From Eledone cirrhosa (Eukaryota): a stretch of DNA of 64,000 bases. The notes below the pieces were generated by a model. The model had not been told where the DNA came from. It was given only the letters and a program-made list of their open reading frames with translations, and searched no databases. A program made the translations under genes and the position numbers. Positions within the stretch are counted from its first letter, which is position 1; the number at the start of each line of letters is the position of its first letter. Below are positions 27,573-40,514 of this stretch, in pieces. The stretch covers positions 249,798,001 through 249,862,000 of the forward strand of contig OZ024740.1 of the NCBI GenBank assembly GCA_964016885.1, given 5' to 3'.

Positions 27573-27706
27573 CTAAACAGCAAGAAAATGATTTATACAA
27601 GCATGAAACCATAGCTTTTTATATTCTTTATTAATATTACAAAAAAATATCCTCTAAAAGATCATCAATCATATTCTCCAAACGTGACGGTGCATGACTA
27701 GCTTAA

Positions 27707-27927
27707 CCCTTTAGCATTCACATTATTTTATATATACTATTATATTTTCATGGTAAAGGCTTTACCTCGCATAATTATCTGACCTAATATCGAATCTATG
27801 AGATTTTGAGAGTATTTATTTTGAGAACAATACCTTAACATCAGTTTGAGCGACCAGTTACAGCCAGTTTCAACAGAAAGAGGTGAGAGAATTCTGGCCG
27901 GTTTTGGGTGGTTTGAACATTAAAGGG
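27707..27927. mobile_element. piggyBac-type MITE
   Basis: TTAA at 27703-27706 and 27928-27931; TIRs ccctttagcattca and tgaacattaaaggg (11/14 match). Confidence 0.8.
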
Positions 27928-28271
27928 TTAAGGTGTTGGACTAACTATTATATGGCCACAGATTCAATTCCTGAACTAAGCAGCACATTCCTTTGAGAAG
28001 ACTGGGGCCCATATCATTAAAACCCAAGAAACCTATGAGATATTACCTTGCAGGATGCCAGCTAAAGCTGCATAAGTGTGAGAAGTAAATTTCATTTCTT
28101 TTTCATATTCTCCTAATATATCATTAAATTAATTAATAGTAACTTTGTAGTTGTACTTGTTTGACTACTGGCTTCATTTGACTATGTATGCTGAACCTTA
28201 ACAGCACTTGAATCAAGAATGTAAAGAGCAATAACTAAATACTTCAAGGCATTTGGCCCAAAACTCTAAAG

Positions 28272-28470
28272 AAGTGAGTGAGTGAGGAAGGGAAGAGTGA
28301 GTGAGTGAGGAGGGAGGAGTGAGTGAGTGAGGAGGGAGGAGTGAGTGAGTGAGGAGGGAGGAGTGAGTGAGTGAGTGAGTGAGTGAGTGAGTGAGAAAAG
28401 GGAAGAGGGAGTGAGTGAGTGAGTGAAAGAGTGAGGAGTGAGTGAAGAGTGAGTGGAGAGAGAGAGAGAA
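28272..28470. repeat. (GAGT)n / GA-rich simple repeat
   Basis: gagtgagtgagtgaggagggag units visible. Confidence 0.9.
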
Positions 28471-28680
28471 AATTCCTCCCATAACTAGCCTGGGATTTTT
28501 TACTGCCCTCAAAAAGATGAAAGACAAAGTTGAGCTCAGTGGGATTTGAACACAAAGAGCAGGAACGAATACGGCAAATCATTCTAGCTGATGTTCTAAT
28601 GACTCTGTCAATTCATCATTAGCAATAATAATTTCTTCTAAGTGCCCCTTAGTAGTAGTAATAAAAGCACAATATCATAC

Positions 28681-28736
28681 CTTTGTCTGTAAGCTAACCT
28701 TTATGGGTCTTTCTTCACGGAGAGAAGTACCAGTTA
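28681..28736 (-). CDS. NDC1: NDC1 small internal exon (probable)
   Basis: ttttcag|TA...AAG|gtatga, 56 nt, open frame TGTSLREERPIKVSLQTK ending in phase 0 as required; poorly conserved region, so support is mainly splice signals and phase. Confidence 0.72.
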
Positions 28737-28807
28737 CTGAAAACAGGTAAAATAAAAAAAAGATGAGTGTGTATGTGTGTGTCTCTCTCTCTCTCTATAT
28801 ATATATA

Positions 28808-31732
28808 TCATCATCATCATCATCATCATTTTACGTCCGCTTTTCCCTGCTTGCAAGGGTGGGACGGGTCTTATTCAGCACAGCATCTCTCCACTCGTCA
28901 CGGTCCCTCGTCATCTCCACCGTGAGCTTCAATGATCTGAGGTCTGTTCTCACCACCTCCGCCCATGTTTTTCGTGGTCTACCTCTACTACGTCTTCCTT
29001 CAACTGGCATTTCCTGGCACTTCTTCACCCATCGGTCATCCTCCATGCGCATCACATGTCCATACCACCTCAGTCTCCTCTCCCGTACACTACATTCTAT
29101 CCCTCTCAGACACAGTTTCTCTCTCAACACATTTATGCTGGGTCGTTCACGCACATTTACACTGCACATCCAACGGAGCATGCTTGCCTCATTTCTCTCC
29201 AGCCGTCGCATATCTTCTGCGGTAGCTGCCCATGTCTCACTACCATGCAGCATCGCGCTCCTCACACAGGCATCATACAACCGGCCTTTCGTACGCAGGG
29301 AGAAACCCTTCTTCGTCAACAGAGGAAGCAGCTCCCTAAACTTCTTCCAACCCGTCCTTATTCTAGATACTATGGCCTCGGAACACCCTCCTCCCATGCT
29401 AATCTGATCTCCTAGGTACCGGAAGCTATCCACCACTTCTATAGCGCCCTCTCGCATTTGAAAAATGTGTCTATCAGTGCGACTTCTACTGTCTAATTTC
29501 CCTGTACATCTACTGCATACATATTTCTCCCTACCTGTTAGTTTGCCTGCTATCCCGCTACATCTCTTGTGTACCCAGGACCTACATTGTGTGCATTTTA
29601 TAGAATTTATGCCAGTTCCTTTTCTGCATATCGAACATGGCCATTTCCCTGACGGAATCAGGGTTTTGTCCTCTTTTCTACTCATCAACACTTTTGTCTT
29701 AGCTAGATTTACTCTCAGTCCTCTTGCTTCCAACTGCTGTTTCCATAGCCGGAATTTATTCTCTAGCTCCTCTACTGATTCTGCCATAAGAGCCAGATCG
29801 TCAGCATAGAGAAGTTCCCATGGACAGCCAGTCTTAAACTCCTCTGTTATGGCTTGGAGGACTATAATGAACAAGAGCGGGCTGAGGACCGAACCCTGAT
29901 GTACTCCTACTTGTATCTGGAATTCCTCACTAAACTCCATTCCTACCCTGACTTTACTGAGAGTACCTCTGTACAAAGTTTGCACTGTCCTTACAAGCCA
30001 TTCCTCAACACCCAGCTTCCTTAGGGACCACCAGATGACAGATCGGGGTACCCTATCAAAGGCCTTCTCTAGGTCAACAAAGGCCAAGTATAGTGGCTTA
30101 TTCTTCTCTAAGAACCTCTCTTGCATTTGTCTCACCAAGAAGAGGGCATCTGTTGTACTCTTCCCAGGCACAAAACCAAACTGCATCTCATCTAGTTTGA
30201 CCCTTTCTCTAATTAGTTGTGCTAAAATCCTTTCTGCCACTTTCATAACCTGATCTATCAGTTTTATACCCCTATAATTGCTCCTCTCCAAAGCATCCCC
30301 TTTACCTTTGTAGCAATTTATGAGAATACTGCTGCACCAGTCTTTGGGTATGACACCACCATATATAGCCTGATTGATTATGCGTGCAACCAGTTTAGTG
30401 CCTACGTCCCCTGATGCCTTCAGCATCTCAGCAACTATTCCCGATGGTCCGGCCGCCTTACCATTTTTCATTTCCCTAATCGCCTCTTGGACCCTATATT
30501 CGTCAATCTCAATAGCTGGTCCCTCTGTCGGATCTACCAAGGGTAATTTCTCTCTCTCCCATTCGTTCTCCACATTCATCAGTCTCTCATAATGGCATTT
30601 CCAGGCCTCCTTTTTCTGGTCATTCGTGACACTAAGTACACCGGCATCATCCCGGACACATTTATCACCAACAACATCCTGATTTGCATTGACACACTGC
30701 CTTGCAATGTGGAACACCGCACGCCTCTGATCTTCCCGTCGCAGAACATTGGCAAACCTCCTACTCTCTGCCTCCCTGCGTGCTAAGTACACCTGACGTC
30801 TAGCTTCTCTCTTAGTGGCTGTATATTCTTCCCTACTCCCACCCTTATTCCAAGCCTTCCATGCTAGTCTTTTGTCTCTAATAGCCTTATCTACACTGCT
30901 GTTCCACCACCAGGTCACTCTCTGTCTGGTTGGGGCTCTGCTCCAGCCACAAGTTTCATCAGTAGCCTTCAGCAAGTTGTCACGTAAGAACTTCCAGTTA
31001 TTATCTATGTCATACGTCTCTAAATCGTCTTCTTTTTCGTCATATACATCTTGAAGGGCTTTCCTAAATTTGAATTTTAGTGAAAGGTCTTTTAGCTTCC
31101 AGACCTTTCTTCTCCACACCTTCCTATATGGCTCATTCCATCTCTTGCTTACTGAGATATCACTAACAACTAACCTATGCTGTGGGGTACATTCTTCCCC
31201 AGGGTATGCCTTGGTATTAGACACTATCTGCCTGTCCCGCTGCCTAACTAGCAGGAAGTCAATCTGGCTTATGTGCTCACCAGATTTGTAGGTTATTAGG
31301 TGATTGGCAGGTTTCTGGAAGTTTGTGTTGCAAATAGTCAATGTACTTGCATCACAAAATTCAAGAAGTCTCACTCCTTCTTCATTTCTTGAACCGTAAC
31401 CATGCCCACCATGTACCCCAGTGTAACCATCCTGGAGCTGTCCAACATGACCATTGAAGTCTCCTGCTAGCATAACGATGTCTCCGTCCTCTGTCATTGT
31501 GGTTGTTTGCAAAAGTTGCTCATAAAAGCAGTCTTTCTCATCTTTGCCTAGGCCTGCTTGGGGAGCATAGACCGAGATGATTGTCAGTAGTCTCCTACCT
31601 ACAACTAATCTAAGCTTAATTATTCGATTACTAACTCGAACTACCTCTATTGTCTTATTGATCCATTTCTCAGCCAGGAAAATGCCTACTCCCCCTAACC
31701 CATCATCCTTACCTAGCCAGAATAGCTTATAT
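28808..31732 (-). mobile_element. Young RTE LINE, slightly 5'-truncated, APE-RT ORF uninterrupted (28831 to about 31730)
   Basis: About 965 stop-free codons with YAPQ, GDFNGHVG, DLEKAFD, YADD and PHD-like cluster; (tca)n tail abutting (TA)n. Confidence 0.96.
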
Positions 31733-31749
31733 AAATAAAATATTTGTAG

Positions 31750-32310
31750 ATATGGAGAGGACTCTTGAGTCCAGTAAGACAACCTCTAGTACTGGTGGCA
31801 TGAATAATGGCTGGTGATAGGAAGGGTACCTAAACAGAAAAACCCTGCCAAAATATGAGCAGTACGACAAACAAAACTCCCACAAATTGCATATACAGGG
31901 CTAACACTAGTCATGTGCGAGAACCCCTCAACTGTCATCAAGCAATCACACAACCACTTTCCCTTTCATATACATAAAACTTCTACCCAAGGAAATAACA
32001 ACTGGCAAGGTACAAAACTCAGGAATGTCTCCCTAAAAGTTAAATTGGATGCAATTGTGGAACTATTAGAGAAGAGAGAAGTAGACATTTGCTGTGTACA
32101 AGAGGTGAGATGCCTCAGCAAGATTACTGACAGGCAAACAACATAGAAACAAACTTTACTGGATAGGAAATGACGATGGAATGCACTGCTTAGCACAAGT
32201 TACTTATTAGTGACATCAAAATAAGCACAAGACACGCAGGAAAATATGGAAGCTAAAGGAGCTTTCGGTTAAATTAAGTTTAGAAAGGCTCTACAAGATG
32301 CATTTTAAGA
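31750..32310 (+). mobile_element. Decayed RTE 5' UTR and APE start
   Basis: Homologous to 33740-34200; VDICCVQEVR. Confidence 0.7.
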
Positions 32311-32599
32311 GCTGTGTGCATACAGTTCACAAAAACAAGATGGTGCAGAACAAAGGAGAGAAACATAACAAATTATTCACTGAGAAGGTCACAGAATGTG
32401 ATGAAAGAACTTTGACAATAAACAACCATCCAGTCATTAAACTAACCAACTGGAAGTTTATAATAAATTGAAGGGAAAACTAACAGGTGCGTGTGTTTTT
32501 ATTGGCAGCATGGCCCTCCCAAAGTAAAACAATATCTGTTTCAAGACACACTTCAGATAAGAAACCTTGAAAAACAAATAACAATTGAAGTATATATAT

Positions 32600-32780
32600 A
32601 CATATCATCATCATCATCACTGTTTAACATCTATTTTCCATGTTTGTATGGGTGAGACAGGTTGTCCACGTTATGAGACAAGTCTCGCAAGCTGACAGCA
32701 CCATACCTTGCTCAAATGGAATTGTATTTTGGCTGGGATTTTTACAGCTAGATGCCTTTCCTAACACCAACAACATTTAG
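32600..32780 (-). mobile_element. RTE-derived 3' end / SINE tail with (TGA)n
   Basis: (tca)n..tttaacatctattttccatg..gatgcctttcctaacaccaac. Confidence 0.7.
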
Positions 32781-32972
32781 TGTGGAACTGGGTGGTCCCA
32801 TTATCAGGGAGGACAGGCCAGTTGGCTGTGTCATGCATTGCCCATAGTGGGGCTGTGTTTGGGATGTTTGGGATATATATGCGATTGTCCCAGCGCATTG
32901 CTGGTGCCTTTTTTTGGGCCCGGAGCGTGGAGGACCGTAGCTCTATGCTGTAAAACAAACAATTATTATAAT

Positions 32973-33120
32973 AATTGTTTCTACTTTTGGCACAAGGCCA
33001 GCAATTATCCCAGTGAATTACTGGTACTTTATTTTATCGACCCTGTAAGGATGAAAGGCAAAGTAAACATCGGCAGGATTTGAACTCAGACGGCAAAGGG
33101 CCGTAACTCTATGCTGCAAT
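32973..33120 (-). mobile_element. tRNA-derived SINE
   Basis: Matches the 25350-25540 family. Confidence 0.82.
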
Positions 33121-33278
33121 AATACTGAACAGTAACACTCAGCTTCAATTATATGAGCTCCTTCTAAAGTCAACAGTTGACATGATCTTGTATCAGTAAT
33201 GACGGTAATATATGTGTGTGTGTGTGTTTGTATGCATGAGTGTTGGTGTGTGAGTGAGTGTGTGTGTGTGCTGTACGT

Positions 33279-33376
33279 GAGGTTGACTTTGCCTTTCATC
33301 CTTACGGGGTCGATAAAATAAAGTACCAGTAATGCACTGGGTAATTGCTGGCCTTGTGCCTAAAGTAGAAACAATT
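33279..33376 (+). mobile_element. tRNA-derived SINE, 3' half
   Basis: gaggttgactttgcctttcatcc..tgcctaaagtagaaacaatt. Confidence 0.82.
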
Positions 33377-33739
33377 ATTATTATTTTTTTTTCCTTTGCA
33401 CGGAGACATAGAAATAACCGGGTTAGATACCCGATCACGCAGTTAAACCACTGGGAGTGCAGGACCCCTAGCCCTTGTCAGAGAATTCTTCTAGGAAAAG
33501 GCATCTAAGGAAACTCCAACATAAAACCTGCGGCTCATGATGTTGATCTTTTCTTCTTTTCGGGTTATAGCTACTGTCGCTCAGAGAATGGGATTGGCTC
33601 AGTGCACAGTCTTTCCTCACTTTAAAAATATTCTTCACGCACAGGCATTGCACGATTGCATTAATTAATAACTATTAATAGTGTTATTGTTATTATTGTT
33701 GTGACCATGCTGTAAAATGGAGGGGTAGAGAGGGCCCAT

Positions 33740-36700
33740 TAGTCCAGTAAGACATCCTCTCTAGTGCCTGGTGGCATGAATAAAAGCACCCAGTCCATGC
33801 TGTAAAGTGATGCTGGTGTTAGGAAGGGCATCCAACCAGTGTATTAATGCCAAAACAATTATGAGCACAACAACAAATATATATCGCAATAACTGCATAA
33901 ACAGCAATAGCACTAACCATGTTAGGGCTGCGCACAGTAGTGGGGTGGCTGGTGCGGCCATGTGCGAGAACCCCCGACCGTCTTCAAGCAATCGCACTAC
34001 AGGAAAAGGAATAACAAAAATACAAAGACGTCGCATCTCAGAGTTGCAACACTTAATGTTGGCACTCTCACAGGTAGATCTGGTGAAATAGCGGAGATGC
34101 TGGAGAGAAGGCATGTGGATGTGTGCTGCATGCAAGAGGTGAGATAGAGAGGTGCCTCTGCGAGACTAATCTCAGGCAAACATCTTAGTTATAAACTTTT
34201 CTGGGTAGGTAAGGATGATGGGTTAGGGGGAGTAGGCATTTTCCTGGTTGAGAGATAGATCGATAAGACAATAGAGGTAGTTCGAGCTAATAATCGAATA
34301 ATTAAGCTTAGATTAGTTGTAGGCAGGAGACTACTGACAATCATCACTGCCTATGCTCCCCAAGCAGGCCTAGGCAAAGAAGAGAAAGACTGCTTTTATG
34401 AGCAACTTTTACAAACAACTGCAATGACAGAGGACGGAGACATCGTTATGCTAGTAGAGGACTTCAATGCTCATATTGGACAGCTCCAAGATGGTTACAC
34501 TGGGGTACATGGTGGGCACGGTTACGGCTCAAGAAATGAAGAAGGAGTGAAACTTCTTGAATTTTGTGATGCAAGTACACGGACAATTTGCAACACTAAC
34601 TTCCAGAAACCTGCCAACCACCTAATAACCCACAAATCAGGCGAGCACATAAGCCAGATTGACTTCTTACAAGTTAGGCAGCGAGACAGGCAGATGGTGT
34701 CAAATACCAAGGCATACTCTGGGGAAGAATGTACTCCACAGCATAGGTTAGTCGTTAGTGATATCTCAGCAAGTAAGAGACGGAATGAGACATACAGGAA
34801 GGTCTGGAAGCTAAAAGACCTTTCACTAAAATACAAATTTAGGAAAGCCCTTCAAGATGTGTATGACGAAAAAGAAGATGATTTAGAGTTGTATGACATA
34901 GATGATAACTGGAGCAGACCAGACAGAAAGTGACCTGATCGTGGAACAGCACAGTAAAGAGGGCCAATAGAGACAAAAGACTAGCATGGAAGGCTTGGAA
35001 AAAGGGTGGGAGTAGAGAAGGATACACAGCCGCTAAGAGAGAAGCTAGACGTCAGGTGTACTTAGCACGCAGGGAGGCTGAGAGTAGCAGGTTTGCCAAT
35101 GTTCTGCGACGGGAAGATCAGAGACGTGCGGTGTTCCACATTGCAAGGCAGTGTGTCAATGCAAATCAGGATGTTGTTGGAGAGAGATAAATGTGTCCGG
35201 AATGATGCCGGTGTACTTAGTGTCACAAATGATCAGAAAAAGGAGGCCTGGAAATGTCATTTTGAGAGACTGATGAATGTGGAGAACGAATGGGAGAGAG
35301 AGAAATTACCCTCAGTAGATCCGTCAGAGGGAGCAGCTATTGAGATTGACGAATATAGGGTCCAAGAGGCGATTAAGGAAACGAAAAATGGTAAGGCCGC
35401 TGGACCGTCGGGGATAGTTGCTGAGATGCTGAAGGCATCAGGGGACGTAGGCACTAAACTGGTTGCACGCATCATCAATCAGGCTATATATGGCGGTGTC
35501 ATACCCAAAGACTGGTGCAGCAGTATTCTCATAAATTGCTACAAAGGTAAAGGGGATGCTCTGGAGAGGAGCAATTATAGGGGTATAAAACTGATGGATC
35601 AGGTTATGGCAGAAAGGATATTAGCACAACTAATTAGAGAAAAGGTCAAACATGCCGTTTGGTTTTGTGCCTGGAAAAAGTACAACAGATGCCCTCTTCT
35701 TGGTGAGACAATTACAAGAGAGGTTCTTAGAGAAGAATAAGCCACTATACTTAGCTTTTGTTGACCTAGAGAAGGCCTTTGATAGGGTACCCAAATCTGT
35801 CATTTGGTGATCCCTAAGGAAACTAGGTGTTGAGGAATGGCTTGTGAGGACAGTGCAAACTTTGTACAGAGGTGATGTCAGTAAAGTGAGGGTAGGAATG
35901 GAGTTTAGTGAGGAATTCCAGATACAGGTAGGAGTACATCAAGGTTCGGTCCTCAGCCCGCTCTTGTTCATTATAGTCCTCCAAGCCATAACAGAGGAGT
36001 TTAAGAATGGCTGTTCATGGGAACTTCACTATGCTGACGATCTGGTTCTTATAGCAGAATCAGTAGAGGAGCTAGAGAATAAATTCTGGCTATGGAAACA
36101 GCAGTTGGAATCAAGAGGACTGAGAGTAAACCTAGCTAAGACAAAAGTGTTGACAAGTAGGAAAGAGGACAAAACTCTGATTCCATCAGGGAAATGGCCA
36201 TGTTCGATATGCAGAAAAGGAACTGGGAAAAATTCTATAAAATGCACACAATGCAGATCTTGGGTACACAAGAGATGTAGTGGGATAGCAGGCAAACTAA
36301 CAGGTAGGGAGAAATACATATGCAGTAGATGTACAGGGAAATTAGACAGAAGAAGTCGCGTTGATAGGCACATTTTTCAAATGCAGGTGGGTGCTATAGA
36401 AGTGGTTGATAGCTTCCGGTACCTAGGAGATCAGATTAGCATTGGAGGGGGTTGTTCTGAGGCCATAGTATCTAGAATAAGGACGGGTTGGAAGAAGTTT
36501 AGGGAGCTGCTTCTTCTGCTGACGAAGAAGGGTTTCTCCCTGCGTACGAAAGGCCGGTTATATGATGCAACTGCAGAGGATATGCGACGGCTGGAGAGAA
36601 ATGAGGCAAGCATGCTCCGTTGGATGTGGAATGTCAATGTGCCTGAACAACCCAGCATGGATGTGTTGAGAGGGATAGAATGTAGTGTGCGAGAGAGGAG

Positions 36701-36821
36701 ACTGAGGTGGTATGGACATGTGATGCGCATGGAGGATGACCGATGGGTGAAGTGGAGAGATGCTGAATAAGACCCATCCCACCCTTGCAAGCAGGGAAAA
36801 GCGGACGTATGATGATGATGA
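33740..36821 (+). mobile_element. Near full-length but decayed RTE LINE (same family as 28808-31732)
   Basis: 5' UTR, VATLNVGTLTG, RT motifs, (GAT)n tail; stops, frameshifts and deletions. Confidence 0.94.
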
Positions 36822-36938
36822 TATAATATATATATATAATGGAGGCACATGACTTAGTGGTTAGAGCATTGGCCTTGCAATCGAAAGGTTGTGAGTTCAA
36901 TATGCGTGTTCTTCCTGTTCCGTATAACCATTACCAGT

Positions 36939-36979
36939 CCGAGCTGAAGATCCGCATAAGGTGAAACAATTGTTCTCGG
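36939..36979 (+). ncRNA. Candidate minimal type I hammerhead ribozyme
   Basis: CCGAG-CUGAAGA-(weak stem II)-GAAA-CAAUUG-UU-CUCGG: perfect 5-bp stem I and palindromic stem III. Confidence 0.6.
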
Positions 36980-37026
36980 TATGGTGAACCTACTGTTGTG
37001 TTACTACTTACATATATATATATATA

Positions 37027-37200
37027 TGGAGGCACATGGCTTAGTAGTTAGAGCATTGGCCTTTGTATCGAAAGGTTGTGAGTTCAATTCTCAGACCAGG
37101 TGATGTGTTGTTTCCTTGAGCAAGACACTTTATTTCACATTGCTCCAGTTTACTCAGCTGTAGAAATGAGATGATAGGGACTGGGGGTCCATATCATTCC
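37027..37200 (+). mobile_element. tRNA-derived SINE (a second head lies at 36840-36902)
   Basis: A box tggcttagtag, B box gagttcaattc, body tccttgagcaagacacttt..tgctccagtttactcagctg. Confidence 0.82.
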
Positions 37201-37721
37201 ACTGCAAAGTGGGCGTGGAGGTGCCACGGCAAAAAAGCACCCAGCACTCACTGTAAATGAGGTTGGTGTTAGGAAGGGCATCCAGCTGTAGAAATCAAGC
37301 CAAAATCAGTTCCCGTCCCACCCTTGCAAGCAAGGAAAAAGCGGACGTAAAATATGATGATGATGATATATAAATATAGTTAAAACTTAGACGGGAACAA
37401 AAACATAGAGGCAGTACAAATAAGAGTTTATTAGGTTCACGCTTTTGAGAGCGGGGGTATACATATATATATATATATACATACATATATATATATATAT
37501 TGTTATACTTGGGGAGGGTCATATTGTAATAATATTGCCAGAAATAACAACAGAACACACTCACTGTTTGGTTGGTTTTCGCTTCTGCATCTTTTATATC
37601 TCCATAGTTAATTCATTTGACCATCAATATTTATCATTGACTGACCAATGGTCAAAAATACAGATATAAATATATATATAGTCTAACAAAGTTCTTTCGT
37701 TGCACATCTGCAACATCATCA

Positions 37722-40385
37722 TCATCATCATCATTTTACGCCCGCTTTTCCCTGCTTGCAAGGGTGGGACGGGTCTTATTCAGCACAGCATCTCTCCACT
37801 CGTCACGGTCCCTCGTCATCTCCATTGTGAGCTTCAATGATCTGAGGTCTGTTCTCACCACCTCCGCCCATGTTTTTTGTGGTCTACCTCTACCACGTCT
37901 TCCTTCAACTGGCAATTCCTGGCACTTCTTCACCCAACGGTCATCCTCCATGCGCATCACATGTCCATACCACCTCAGTCTCCTCTCCCGTACACTACAT
38001 TCTATCCCTCTCAGACACAGTTTCTCTCTCAACACATTTATGCTGGGTCGTTCACGCACATTTACACTGCACATCCAACGGAGGATGCTTGCCTCATTTC
38101 TCTCCAGCCGTCGCATATCCTCTGCAGTTGCTGCCCATGTCTCACTACCATGCAGCATCGCGCTCCTCACACAGGCATCATACAACCGGCCTTTCATACG
38201 CAGGGAGAAACCCTTCTTCGTCAACAGAAGAAGCAGCTCCCTAAACTTCTTCCAACCCGTCCTTATTCTAGATACTATGACCTCGGAACACCCTCCTCCC
38301 ATGCTAATCTGATCTCCTAGGTACCGGAAGCTATCCACCACTTCTATAGCGCCCTCCTGCATTTGAAAAATGTGTCTATCAATGCGACTTCTACTGTCTA
38401 ATTTCCCTGTACATCTACTGCATACATATTTCTCCCTACCTGTTAGTTTACCTGCTATCCTGCTACATCTCCTGTGTTCCCAGGATCTGCATTGTGTGCA
38501 TTTTATATAATTTATGCCAGTTCCTTTTCTGTATATCGAACATGGCCATTTCCCTGACAGAATCAGGGTTTTGTCCTCTTTTCTACTCATCAACACTTTT
38601 GTCTTAGCTAGATTCACTCTCAGTCCTCTTGCTTCCAACTGCTGTTTCCATAGCCAGAATTTATTCTCTAGCTCCTCTACTGATTCTGCTATAAGAACCA
38701 GATCGTCAGCATAGAGAAGTTCCCATGGACAGCCAGTCTTAAACTCCTCTGTTATGGCTTGGAGGACTATAATGAACAAGAGCGGGCTGAGGACCGAACC
38801 CTGATGTACTCCTACTTGTATCTGGAATTCCTCACTAAACTCCATTCCTACCCTGACTTTACTGAGAGTACCTCTGTACAAAGTTTGCACTGTCCTCACA
38901 AGCCATTCCTCAACACCTAGCTTCCTTAGGGAGCACCAGATGACAGATCGGGGTACCCTATCAAAGGCCTTCTCTAGGTCAACAAAGGCTAGGTATAGTG
39001 GTTTATTCTTCTCTAAGAACCTCTCTTGCAATTGTCTCACTAAGAAGAGGGCATCTGTTGTACTCTTCCCAAGCACAAAACCAAACTGCATCTCATCTAG
39101 TTCGACCCTTTCTCTAATTAGTTGTGCTAAAATCCTTTCTGCCACTTTCATAACCCGATCTATCAGTTTTATACCCCTATAATTGCTCCTCTCCAAAGCA
39201 TCCCCTTTACCTTTGTAGCAATTTATGAGAATACTGCTGCACCAGTCTTTGGGTATGACACCACCATATATAGCTTGATTGATGATGCGTGCAACCAGTT
39301 TAGTGCCTACGTCCCCTGATGCCTTCAGCATCTCAGCAACTATTCCCGATGGTCCGGCAGCCTTACCATTTTTCATTTCCCTAATCGCCTCTTGGACCCT
39401 ATATTCGTCAATCTCAATAGCTGGTCCCTCTGTTGGATCTACCAAGGGTAATTTCTCTCTCTCCCATTTGTTCTCCACATTCATCAGTCTCTCATAATGA
39501 CATTTCCAGGCCTCCTTTTTCTGATCATTCGTGACACTAAGTACACCGGCATCATACCGGACACATTTATCTCCAACAATATCCTGATTTGCATTGACAC
39601 ACTGCCTTGCAATGTGGAACACCGCACGCCTCTGATCTTCTCGTCGCAGAACATTGGCAAAACTCCTACTCTCTGCCTCCCTGCGTGCTAAGTACACCTG
39701 ACGTCTAGCTTCTCTCTTAGTGGCTGTATATTCTTCCCTACTCTCACCCTTTTTCCAAGCCTTCCATGCTAGTCTTTTGTCTCTAATGGCCTTATCTACT
39801 GTGCTGTTCCACCACCAGGTCACTCTCTGTCTGGTTGGAGCTCTGCTCCAGCCACAAGTTTCATCAGTAGCCTGCAGCAAGTTGTCACGTAAGAAATTCC
39901 AGTTATTATCTATGTCATACGTCTCTAAATCGTCTTCTTTTTCATCATATACATCTTGAAGGGCTTTCCTAAATTTGTATTTTAGTGAAAGGTCTTTTAG
40001 CTTCCAGACCTTTCTTCTCCACACCTTCCTATATGTCTCATTCCATCTCTTGTTTACTGAGATATCACTAACAACTAACCTATGCTGTGGGGTACATTCT
40101 TCCCCAGGGTATGCCTTGGTATTAGACACTAACTGCCTGTGCCGCTGCCTAACTAGTAAGAAGTCAATCTGGCGTATGTGCTCACCAGATTTGTAGGTTA
40201 TTAGGTGATTGGCAGGTTTCTGGAAGTTTGTGTTGCAAATAGTCAATGTACCTGCATCACAAAATTCAAGAAGTCTCACTCCTTCTTCATTTCTTGAACC
40301 GTAACCGTGCCCACCATGTACCCCAGTGTAACCATCCTGGAGCTGTCCAACATGATCATTGAAGTCTCCTGCTAGCATAACGATG
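37722..40385 (-). mobile_element. Young 5'-truncated RTE LINE, ORF uninterrupted
   Basis: Near-identical to 28808-31480; homology ends at ..cataacgatg (40385). Confidence 0.96.
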
Positions 40386-40514
40386 GTGGTACTATTATCA
40401 TGTTTGAACACACATGCAAACGCATGCACAGAGACGGAGACAAAAATAAATAAATAAATAAATAGATAAAATAAAAATGTTGTGAACACGACACAATAGG
40501 AGGAAACATGATAA

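Noticed and set aside
36840-37100. tRNA genes
   Set aside because: A and B boxes are present, but I see no complete cloverleaf and a SINE body follows
40386-40489. N-terminal extension of the 917-aa ORF (likewise 31733-31782 and 52189-52292)
   Set aside because: Read-through from flanking or antisense sequence beyond the 5' truncation points
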